DNA of 64,000 bases from a virus. Taxonomy: Duplodnaviria > Caudoviricetes. The stretch spans positions 13,651 through 77,650 of IMG/VR virus record IMGVR_UViG_3300029288_004108; one strand, written 5' to 3'. The notes beneath the pieces were generated by a model, which was not told where the DNA came from, did not search any database, and saw nothing but the letters and a program-made list of their open reading frames with translations. This document shows positions 29,150 through 37,049 of the stretch, piece by piece. The translations under genes and the position numbers were made by a program. How positions within the stretch are numbered: the first letter of the stretch is position 1; each line of letters opens with the position of its first letter.

Positions 29150-29168
29150 TTTCTTACGGTATTTAGCA

Positions 29169-29657
29169 TTAAACAATTCTTACTTTGATCCTCTTATTGA
29201 CCCCCAGTCCACCACCTACATCCTGACCAGATGAATCAGCACTGGCATCCATCTCTTCGAGTGAAATACCTACGATGACATTGGTCTGAACATTAGCTGT
29301 AACAGATGCTTCATCTGCTGCGTGAGCAATCAGATAACCAGCACCATTGGATTCAAGTAGTGTCCCTTCAGCAACATCCTGACCATCGGCCAGAATCCCG
29401 AGAACGACATCACCAGGAGCAGGAAACCAAACCTGCACCTTATCACCAGCTGCATAGGCATCGTCAATCCCTTTGCCCTGAAGTTCATCTTCAAGAGCAA
29501 ACATTTTAGGACCAACGTTACCTCCAGCGGTAGCATGGACTTTGACTTCATTATCAGTATTAAGCTCCAGCAAACTTCCCGGAAGGATAGCTGCATCAGC
29601 TACATACTCATCAATGTTGTCAGAGTACTTTTTAATCTTAATCGTGTTGTACGACAT
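29169..29657 (-). CDS. Capsid decoration/cement protein
   Basis: ADAAILPGSLLEL, FALEDELQGKGIDDAYAAGD, ends RIKVRIV; lies between scaffold and capsid genes. Confidence 0.75.
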   Translation of the reverse strand: MSYNTIKIKKYSDNIDEYVADAAILPGSLLELNTDNEVKVHATAGGNVGPKMFALEDELQGKGIDDAYAAGDKVQVWFPAPGDVVLGILADGQDVAEGTLLESNGAGYLIAHAADEASVTANVQTNVIVGISLEEMDASADSSGQDVGGGLGVNKRIKVRIV

Positions 29658-29674
29658 TTCTTATACCTCCTTTT

Positions 29675-30151
29675 TTACTTTTTAGGTTCTACTCCAGCAG
29701 GATACAGTGGTTCTACCGTAGAGGTAGAAACATTGGTCTGGAAACCAGTGTTGAGTGAATAATCAACCACTTCTTCCTTCTTAACTGACTGAGCCAATTT
29801 TTCCAAATGAGCATCAGACATTGTTTTGAGTTCTTCATCAGTCCAAACATCTTTGGTGTTTGCCTGAATCTTTTGGATCCATCCATCTCTCCTCTCCTTC
29901 AGCTGACGCTTCCCGAAATCGAGAGCAGCCTGATCTTCAGGAGTGAGTTTATTGACCTCAACGGTCTTTGTTACCTCTTTTTCCACAACTTTCTCAACTT
30001 CAATGGGTTTAGCCATTTTATCGAGTATTGCTTCATTTAAGGTCTCCAGCATTTCCCTGTCGTCTTCAGTATATTTTCCCTGACTGTTTGCAATCAGTTC
30101 ATCTACCTTCTTTTTGACACAAGGAGTGCATTTTACAGCATTTTCTGCCAT
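29675..30151 (-). CDS. Nested in-frame scaffold protein (158 aa)
   Basis: AAAAAGGAGGTACAAGAAATG internal start at the protease/scaffold boundary. Confidence 0.55.
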   Translation of the reverse strand: MAENAVKCTPCVKKKVDELIANSQGKYTEDDREMLETLNEAILDKMAKPIEVEKVVEKEVTKTVEVNKLTPEDQAALDFGKRQLKERRDGWIQKIQANTKDVWTDEELKTMSDAHLEKLAQSVKKEEVVDYSLNTGFQTNVSTSTVEPLYPAGVEPKK

Positions 30152-30955
30152 TTCTTGTACCTCCTTTTTATTAATATTAAACATCGGTTTTGGATCATCC
30201 TCTTTATCAGAATGATCACTATTAGCTCTGATACCACAGCCATCTGCCATTGAACAAGCACCAACACTGCCGGGCAGAAGTGCTAAGTGATCTGGTCTAT
30301 GATTTCTGGCTATTGCATCATAATGCTCTCCATTCCATTCTCCCTCTGTGAAATCATCCTCAGTAAACATACCAAGACTAACTTCTAACGGTTCTCCATT
30401 CTTGATATGATTAAAGGCTTCCAGAGAAATCTCTTGTAGTTTCAAGGAGTCCAACCAAGCTTCCGCCATAAGTTTATTTCCTTCTACTCTCGTATTATAT
30501 ACTGTCCCTACTACTTGATTCTCTGCAATCAGTGGATCATTAGCAGAAACATTTACCCCATCAACTTCAGGGTGATTAATTACAACAGGTCTCCCATTCC
30601 AAGACTGAGGAATTTTTCCTAACTCTGTTATTTCATGAAGTAATGGTCCATGACTTCCATGATGAACTCCTTCTACCATCATAACAACAGGAACTATCAA
30701 ATGCTCTCTTCCTTGGTAGATCCTTTGTTTTGTCATGTACTTAGCACTCTGTTGAGTCAGGACAATGACTGTCTTACTTTCATTATCTACAACACCATTT
30801 GCCTGACGGATAGCAGAAGCAGCACAGGTTTCATCTGTCCCTCCTTTTGCAATACAAGATTGAAGAGCAGAGTTTGCTATATGGACCCATTGTTCCTTCT
30901 GTTTATCGGAAAGACCTTTTTTGTGAGATTCTACATCCTGTTTACTCCACGGCAT
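29675..30955 (-). CDS. DUF2213-like prohead protease/scaffold protein
   Basis: WNGRPVVINHP, EVSLG, RPDHLALLP..GACS..DGCG, followed by a charged helical scaffold. Confidence 0.82.
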   Translation of the reverse strand: MPWSKQDVESHKKGLSDKQKEQWVHIANSALQSCIAKGGTDETCAASAIRQANGVVDNESKTVIVLTQQSAKYMTKQRIYQGREHLIVPVVMMVEGVHHGSHGPLLHEITELGKIPQSWNGRPVVINHPEVDGVNVSANDPLIAENQVVGTVYNTRVEGNKLMAEAWLDSLKLQEISLEAFNHIKNGEPLEVSLGMFTEDDFTEGEWNGEHYDAIARNHRPDHLALLPGSVGACSMADGCGIRANSDHSDKEDDPKPMFNINKKEVQEMAENAVKCTPCVKKKVDELIANSQGKYTEDDREMLETLNEAILDKMAKPIEVEKVVEKEVTKTVEVNKLTPEDQAALDFGKRQLKERRDGWIQKIQANTKDVWTDEELKTMSDAHLEKLAQSVKKEEVVDYSLNTGFQTNVSTSTVEPLYPAGVEPKK

Positions 30956-30968
30956 CTTAATTTCCTCC

Positions 30969-31427
30969 TTATCTTTTCAGGTTTAAATATACTGGTTTTC
31001 TTGAATATATGATATCTCTCAACGAATAATTTATTTCATGTTTAATGAAAACTATGTTTTTGAACATTAGAAACATATTATCATCTCCCCCAAAATGGCT
31101 AAATCCTTCGGTTTTATAATCTCCATCTCTTCCTGATGCAACCAATATGACTGGTATATTTTCATGATCAATATAATTCCTGATACCTTCCCATGCCCGG
31201 AAGAAGAATGGAGTAATGGTATAGACTATTGGAATCTTTCCTGATAGAGCCATTCCTACTGCTATATCAACTGCCACCTGCTCGGCTGCTCCTACATTAA
31301 AGAATTGCTTTGGAAATTCCTCACTGATCTTATCAAACATTCCGTAACCCAAATCAGCTGTAATCAGGACAATGGAAGAGTCTTCTTTCATTAATTCATA
31401 CAAATCCGTTGCAAACTTCTTTCTCAT
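30969..31427 (-). CDS. Transketolase-like protein, pyrimidine-binding half (short)
   Basis: LITADLGYG, FFNVGAAEQ, GMALSG..PIVY, HFGGDD; lacks the usual C-terminal domain. Confidence 0.85.
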   Translation of the reverse strand: MRKKFATDLYELMKEDSSIVLITADLGYGMFDKISEEFPKQFFNVGAAEQVAVDIAVGMALSGKIPIVYTITPFFFRAWEGIRNYIDHENIPVILVASGRDGDYKTEGFSHFGGDDNMFLMFKNIVFIKHEINYSLRDIIYSRKPVYLNLKR

Positions 31428-32002
31428 ATCTTTACATAATGAGCAGATAAACCATCAAGTCCATACTCCTCTACATGAGTCTCTCTCACTCTGATCTGAG
31501 GCATTATGTGAACCACATTACTTATCATCTGCAAGTCTATCTTATCATAGGCGGAATAGCCATTCCAATTAAGATATATCAGCAAGTTATATACCTGATA
31601 CTTTCTAATAACATTAGCTGCTTCCCAAATGGAACCTTCTGTGCATTCTCCATCCGATACCAAACACCAAACTTTCCTTTCCCTATCAGCCAAAGCCATT
31701 CCTACTGCTATTGGAAGCCCATGACCAAGACTACCCGTAGAACAATAGATATGAAAGTATTCCTCCCTTTCAGGATGAGTTCCAAATTTCTTAAATAACC
31801 ACTCTGCATCATACTCATAGTACTTCTCCAACACTACATATAATGCTAACCCTGCATGACCAGAGGATAAGATAAAAGGTTCATCTGCTCCTTTCTCCTG
31901 ATATATCTCATCAATTATACCAACTGTCGTCAGATTACTCCCAAGGTGAGAAAGCCCGAGCCGGTGAGAAATATCAATTATCCTATCATGTAAAGCACTC
32001 AT
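31424..32002 (-). CDS. Transketolase-like protein, ThDP-binding N-half (short)
   Basis: SHLGS, FILSSGHAGLALY, STGSLGHGL, SDGECTEGSIWEA..N. Confidence 0.88.
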   Translation of the reverse strand: MSALHDRIIDISHRLGLSHLGSNLTTVGIIDEIYQEKGADEPFILSSGHAGLALYVVLEKYYEYDAEWLFKKFGTHPEREEYFHIYCSTGSLGHGLPIAVGMALADRERKVWCLVSDGECTEGSIWEAANVIRKYQVYNLLIYLNWNGYSAYDKIDLQMISNVVHIMPQIRVRETHVEEYGLDGLSAHYVKI

Positions 32003-33105
32003 ATAGAGAGAATATCTTTAATTGTATGACAAATATAAACAACCTGAGCTTGAGTTAACCGATAAGGACAAGGGAGATTAATTCCATTATCTCCAATGTG
32101 TCTGGCTACCGGATTATTAGCATTTTCAAACATTGGAAAAGAACTCATTGGTGGGAAGAATGGTCGGGAATCAATTCCTTTTTCCTTCATCTTACTCATC
32201 AACTCATCTCTCCCTACATTGAACTTATCATTCAATACAATTGACGTCATCCAGTGATTTGACCTCTCAACATATGTTGATTTCTTACTCAACCGCACCC
32301 CTTCTATTCCCCACAATTCCTGATCATACCAATTATAAATAAGGTGTTTCTTTGCAAGTAATTCCTCTATCCTCTCCAGTTGAGCCAGTCCCCAAGCTGC
32401 CTGCAGGTTAGACATTTTATATTTATAACCAATATCACTTATATGAAATCCTGATCCGGAACGACCATGCTCGGAGTAATGATGAATCTTTTCAAACAAC
32501 TCATCATTATCTGTAACAATCATTCCACCTTCTCCGGTAGATAGCAATTTTGCTCCTTGGAAACTGAAACAACCAATATCACCAAAACTCCCTGTCCGGT
32601 GATGATCAATTTCAGCTCCTATGGACGGGGCAGCATCCTCCACGATCTTCAATCCATAAGTGTGAGCAATATGGAGTAATGGAATCATATCTGAAGGATG
32701 CCCATAATTATGAACAGGAATAATAGCTTTTGTATTTTTGGTAATCAATCTTTCTACACTCACCGGGTCTATACACCAGGTATCCTTTCTTACATCAGCA
32801 AATACCGGACGGGCTCCTACATATCGGACAACACTTGCCGTAGCTATCCACGATGTATCAGGAACAATGACTTCATCTCCTTCTTTTATTCCAAGAGCAA
32901 TCAAAGCTAAATGTAATGCTCCAGTACAGGAAGAAGTGGTTTTTGCATGTTTTACTCCAATATATTTTGCAAATGCTTCTTCAAACCTCTTAATGTAATC
33001 ACCCCAGTGATCTTCATGACCATTGGTAATAGCATCAGTAACATAACCAATTTCCTTCTGTGTTATGGAAGGACCAGCAGTTAATATCATTTTCTTTACT
33101 GACAT
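31999..33105 (-). CDS. DegT/DnrJ/EryC1/StrS sugar aminotransferase (perosamine synthase-like)
   Basis: SSCTGALHLAL, IVEDAAPS, SFQGAKLLSTGEGG (PLP Lys), GYKYKMSN. Confidence 0.92.
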   Translation of the reverse strand: MSVKKMILTAGPSITQKEIGYVTDAITNGHEDHWGDYIKRFEEAFAKYIGVKHAKTTSSCTGALHLALIALGIKEGDEVIVPDTSWIATASVVRYVGARPVFADVRKDTWCIDPVSVERLITKNTKAIIPVHNYGHPSDMIPLLHIAHTYGLKIVEDAAPSIGAEIDHHRTGSFGDIGCFSFQGAKLLSTGEGGMIVTDNDELFEKIHHYSEHGRSGSGFHISDIGYKYKMSNLQAAWGLAQLERIEELLAKKHLIYNWYDQELWGIEGVRLSKKSTYVERSNHWMTSIVLNDKFNVGRDELMSKMKEKGIDSRPFFPPMSSFPMFENANNPVARHIGDNGINLPCPYRLTQAQVVYICHTIKDILSI

Positions 33106-33767
33106 AGCTCCATTACAATATACGACTTTTCAGATCGACGTTCCTCATGCTCGTCCAGAGGAATCCACTCGATCATACCATCATGTTCTACTCTATATAA
33201 TGGTATCTGATTGACTTCCTTAAATCCTAATCTCTCATAGAAAGTAATTGCATGAGGATTATCAGACAAAACTTTTAAATAAAATTCTTTAATCTTTAAT
33301 CCCGTCCGCCCATAATTTATAAGGGTATTCACTGCATAAGACATCATACCTTTATATACATTCTTAACTCCACGCACTACATTATCTATTTCTACTGAGG
33401 GAATATCATAATTGAAAGAAGAATAACCAATATGACCAATAGGGAGGGCATCAGCTGTATGTGGATGAATCATAAATAAAAGACGATCCTTCCTTGGTAG
33501 TAAAACATTGTCTATCCAATTCATTGTTTGCTCCTCTGTCCCCTTAAATCTATTTGCAAAACCAATAGAATTTTCCTCTCTCCACTGTTTTATCAATGGT
33601 ATATAATTAGGATATAATATTTGTTTATATAGATACGTGATTGGTTTAAGATCACCTATAATCTCCTTTTTGGAATTCAAAATAGGAAGATAATGCCAAT
33701 GATATTCCTTTTGTCCAAAATTTTTGAACGTATCAAATGTTTGCTCTATGAATGATTTATATTCCAT
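33096..33767 (-). CDS. GNAT-family N-acetyltransferase
   Basis: IGHIG, EIDNVVRG...KGMM, LKVLSDNPHAITFYERLGF. Confidence 0.8.
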   Translation of the reverse strand: MEYKSFIEQTFDTFKNFGQKEYHWHYLPILNSKKEIIGDLKPITYLYKQILYPNYIPLIKQWREENSIGFANRFKGTEEQTMNWIDNVLLPRKDRLLFMIHPHTADALPIGHIGYSSFNYDIPSVEIDNVVRGVKNVYKGMMSYAVNTLINYGRTGLKIKEFYLKVLSDNPHAITFYERLGFKEVNQIPLYRVEHDGMIEWIPLDEHEERRSEKSYIVMELCQ

Positions 33768-35041
33768 TGTTTGATTACATTATAAATATATTCAAATACA
33801 GGTTCCTCATAATGAGGAGCACAACCTAAGAAAAACACTTTATCCAGTACCTGATTTGCTTCCGGATAATCATTACAATCTGATAACCAGTAGTAACCAG
33901 GGTGGAGAAGTATATTGCCTGAAAAATAATTACGAGTCTGAATTTTATTTTGCTCAAGGAACTGAACCAATTCTTGCTTTAATTCCTTTGTCTCACAGAT
34001 AAATGGAACTCCAAACCAACACACATCAGATTTTTCAAATTGTTGAACACTTTTTACTCCTTCTATATTACTTGTCAGAATTGGTTCAATTATATATTTT
34101 GAACGCTTTCTTCTCCGATCAATTTCATCAAACTTTTCTAACTGTACTCTCCCAATAGCTCCTTGAAGATCCAGTGGTTTAAGGTTATACCCCATCTGAG
34201 AAAATACATATTTATGATCAACCACTCCATCATAAGCCTCCAGCCACTTTCCAAATCTCCTTCCACAAGAACCATCTTTCAACATATTAGCTTCCCCGAC
34301 ACAAGTACAATCTCTTCCCCACCAAGCTATACTCCGCATTATCCTCATCAAATCAATATCATCCGTGCTAACCATACCCCCTTCTCCGGTACAAATATGG
34401 TGAGCAGGATAAAATGAACAACTGGAAGCCACAGCATATTCATTGAGATACCTTCCATCCCAACGACTGCCTAAGCTATCACACCCATCCAGTATTAGCT
34501 TAATATCATGCCGGCGGCATATTTCCATTAATCTATCCATATCTGGAGGATTTCCAAGGACTGGAGAAACAATAATAGCCTTAACCCAGTCATACATTCT
34601 TTCTGCAACCCTGTCCAAATCAAAATTTAATGTGTCCCATTCAATATCAGCAAATACAGGAGTTAGGTTATTCTGTACAATAACAGATACGGTAGTAGGG
34701 AAACCTACAGGGGAAACAATAATTCCATCATCCGCTTTCCATCCATAATATTGTTTGAGAGCAGTTAACATAACCAGGTTGGCAGATGATCCGGAATTAA
34801 CCATGAGAGAATGCTTAACATTAAACTTATGACTAAATTCCTTTTCAAATGCATCTACATTTTCTCCAGCCGTGATCCATGAACCATTCAAAAATGTATT
34901 TATTGCAGCAATAGCTTCCCTACTATCCCAATATGGACCGGAATACGGAATGAGTGTTTCTCCGGGAACAAAATGCTTTCCATATAGATATGGAGGAACG
35001 TGGTTCCCAACAATACTTGTTATTTTACTCAAATCAATCAT
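33746..35041 (-). CDS. rfbH: RfbH/E1-type CDP-4-keto-6-deoxyglucose 3-dehydrase
   Basis: SFYPAHHICTGEGG (His in place of the PLP Lys), GRDCTC...GSCG Fe-S motif, YDHKYVFS-like segment. Confidence 0.85.
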   Translation of the reverse strand: MIDLSKITSIVGNHVPPYLYGKHFVPGETLIPYSGPYWDSREAIAAINTFLNGSWITAGENVDAFEKEFSHKFNVKHSLMVNSGSSANLVMLTALKQYYGWKADDGIIVSPVGFPTTVSVIVQNNLTPVFADIEWDTLNFDLDRVAERMYDWVKAIIVSPVLGNPPDMDRLMEICRRHDIKLILDGCDSLGSRWDGRYLNEYAVASSCSFYPAHHICTGEGGMVSTDDIDLMRIMRSIAWWGRDCTCVGEANMLKDGSCGRRFGKWLEAYDGVVDHKYVFSQMGYNLKPLDLQGAIGRVQLEKFDEIDRRRKRSKYIIEPILTSNIEGVKSVQQFEKSDVCWFGVPFICETKELKQELVQFLEQNKIQTRNYFSGNILLHPGYYWLSDCNDYPEANQVLDKVFFLGCAPHYEEPVFEYIYNVIKQWNINHS

Positions 35042-35769
35042 AATTCCTCCAATTCAGGATACGATGATTTAGCTACCCAAAATTTCCTTTCTCTCAAGCA
35101 AGCTCCTTTATCTTTCAAGTAATTTGCATGAGCAATAGGGTTTTGATCATTATAAACATAAAGTACCTTATCAATAAATCGCATGTGCTTTTGACCACAC
35201 ATTTCAATCATTGGGTATAACATAGTACAATCAAATGAGTTATTCGGATAATTCCCATTTGAATAAAGCAAATCCTCTTTCTTTATAGCATCAAATAACT
35301 TCTTTCGACAAGTAACCAAATGTGAAGCAAACCAATTTCCACTTCTCCGGTATAATTGGGTGTCCAAGATTGGAAAACATCCTTTACCATGTAATCCGCT
35401 TGTCCGTATAAAATTTCCATAAGTCAACCATATTTCTTTTTGATATACTTCATTCAGATACTCCAGAACATCATCCGAGTAAAGATAATCATCACCACTC
35501 AGGAATGCAATTACATCTTCCCTATCGGTAGCCATCAGATTTATTCCTGCTATAAAATTTGCAATATGATAAGGTTGTTTTGGAGTATGTATGGCTTGAA
35601 ATAAGGAATATTCTTTTTGAATTATTTCCCACGTCCCGTCATCACTATCATCATCCATTATAATAACCTCATAATTCTTATAGGTCTGCATCAGAACAGA
35701 ATCCAGACATTTCCTTATGTAAGGAGCTGCATTACGCTGGGTGACTAATATGATAAATCTGTTAAGCAT
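35038..35769 (-). CDS. GT2-family glycosyltransferase
   Basis: RNAAPYIRKCLDSVLMQTYKNYEVIIMDDDSDDGT, FLSGDD; ATG at 35769. Confidence 0.88.
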   Translation of the reverse strand: MLNRFIILVTQRNAAPYIRKCLDSVLMQTYKNYEVIIMDDDSDDGTWEIIQKEYSLFQAIHTPKQPYHIANFIAGINLMATDREDVIAFLSGDDYLYSDDVLEYLNEVYQKEIWLTYGNFIRTSGLHGKGCFPILDTQLYRRSGNWFASHLVTCRKKLFDAIKKEDLLYSNGNYPNNSFDCTMLYPMIEMCGQKHMRFIDKVLYVYNDQNPIAHANYLKDKGACLRERKFWVAKSSYPELEEL

Positions 35770-36007
35770 TATATGAGTAAACTGTTCCTTGTATATGTTT
35801 TTTATAAAGGGTGACGGAGATAGCAGTAGAACCACTTATGGTAAAAGTGACAATATCATGAAGTTTTACATTCCATTCCTTTGGTCTACCCGTTCCCCCT
35901 TCCCGGGCAAATGTATATTTTAGTCCAGTCTGCAGATCCATCAACACACCCTTATTAGGGGTATTGTAATGTCCATCATCCATTTTTATAACCTGTCCGT
36001 AAGCCAT
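35762..36007 (-). CDS. Small OB-fold/cold-shock-like protein
   Basis: GQVIK...NKGVL...KYTF...DIVTFTI...AISV spacing resembles a cold-shock domain. Confidence 0.35.
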   Translation of the reverse strand: MAYGQVIKMDDGHYNTPNKGVLMDLQTGLKYTFAREGGTGRPKEWNVKLHDIVTFTISGSTAISVTLYKKHIQGTVYSYNA

Positions 36008-36008
36008 A

Positions 36009-37049
36009 TCATTCTTCTATAAAAGGTAAAGCAATACAACGACACATAGGATGCAAAGGAATCATTGGTTCAATCTCATCCAAAGTAAATATTTTTCCTT
36101 CCAATTCAGCACATCGTTCACAAACCCGATCATCGCCAGCTGTTTTCCATTCCCCCTTAACTTTTATTCCCAGTACTCCCCAATTACGATATTCCTGAAT
36201 TGTAGCCAGGTGATGAGCTCTAATGAGTTCAGTCCGGGCAATCATCTCTGCCCGACGTTTTGCAGGAATAAATCTTCCAAGCTTATCAGTTATTCCTAAA
36301 GTGCCTGTTCCTGTTCCATCAATAGCAGCAACCATCTTCCGGGCAAGTAACACCGGACCATCTCCGTCGATCATTCCCTGAGCAAGAATCTGAGCAATAT
36401 TATTTGCCATAGCCTCTGTAACTCCAACGAGCTCCGCGAACACTCTGGTAAATAATACTCCCACACGATCCATATGAAACGGAGTCCCAAACACTACATC
36501 TATCCCACCAGAAGAATCAATTGAAGGAATATCCATTCCAGCAGCAATCATTTCCTGCCTTGCCCTTATTATTCCTCTCTTGTATGAATCTGCTACATAC
36601 ATATTTGTCCAAGCAGATTCAATTGCAACTCCTATCTGTTGAAATTGAGTGGTTGTCAATATCCCACGATCAACCTGTTGCCGAAGCCAACGCATAAATA
36701 CCTCTATCCGGTCAGAAGAACGGGGGTAATCAAACGCATGCCACCCGGGTGGTATCATTTGCTGGGTAGTCACCGATCGTTTCTTAGCACCAAAACAATC
36801 CTTATCTACAACAGCAATTTTGATAACCTTTATTAATTCATCAAATCTACGATTCATTGCCCGGGAAAAAGCATTACGAAGTGCCGTGGTCCGGGTAGGA
36901 TCGTAGTTGTTGGAAAGGGTTAATATAGCATGTTCACACAGATGCACTTGGTAATCTTCTACGTTGTTTAGGTTCTCCTCTTTGAGCCTTTGATTTTTCC
37001 TTTGGTTTCTCCGGAGCCGGAGCAGGTGGGTTGAGCAGATCCATAGCAT
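36009..37049 (-). CDS. Head morphogenesis minor protein (Mu gpF/SPP1 gp7 family)
   Basis: RAEMIARTE, WKTAGDDRVCERC, PLHPMCRC; start position uncertain. Confidence 0.9.
   Translation of the reverse strand: MLWICSTHLLRLRRNQRKNQRLKEENLNNVEDYQVHLCEHAILTLSNNYDPTRTTALRNAFSRAMNRRFDELIKVIKIAVVDKDCFGAKKRSVTTQQMIPPGWHAFDYPRSSDRIEVFMRWLRQQVDRGILTTTQFQQIGVAIESAWTNMYVADSYKRGIIRARQEMIAAGMDIPSIDSSGGIDVVFGTPFHMDRVGVLFTRVFAELVGVTEAMANNIAQILAQGMIDGDGPVLLARKMVAAIDGTGTGTLGITDKLGRFIPAKRRAEMIARTELIRAHHLATIQEYRNWGVLGIKVKGEWKTAGDDRVCERCAELEGKIFTLDEIEPMIPLHPMCRCIALPFIEE

Noticed and set aside
19803-35769. DNA hypermodification or host O-antigen conversion as the role of the glycan genes
   Set aside because: No base hydroxymethylase, thymidylate synthase or TET-like gene is in the window, there are no membrane GTs or flippase, and the genes are in the late head operon. 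Disfavoured, not excluded.
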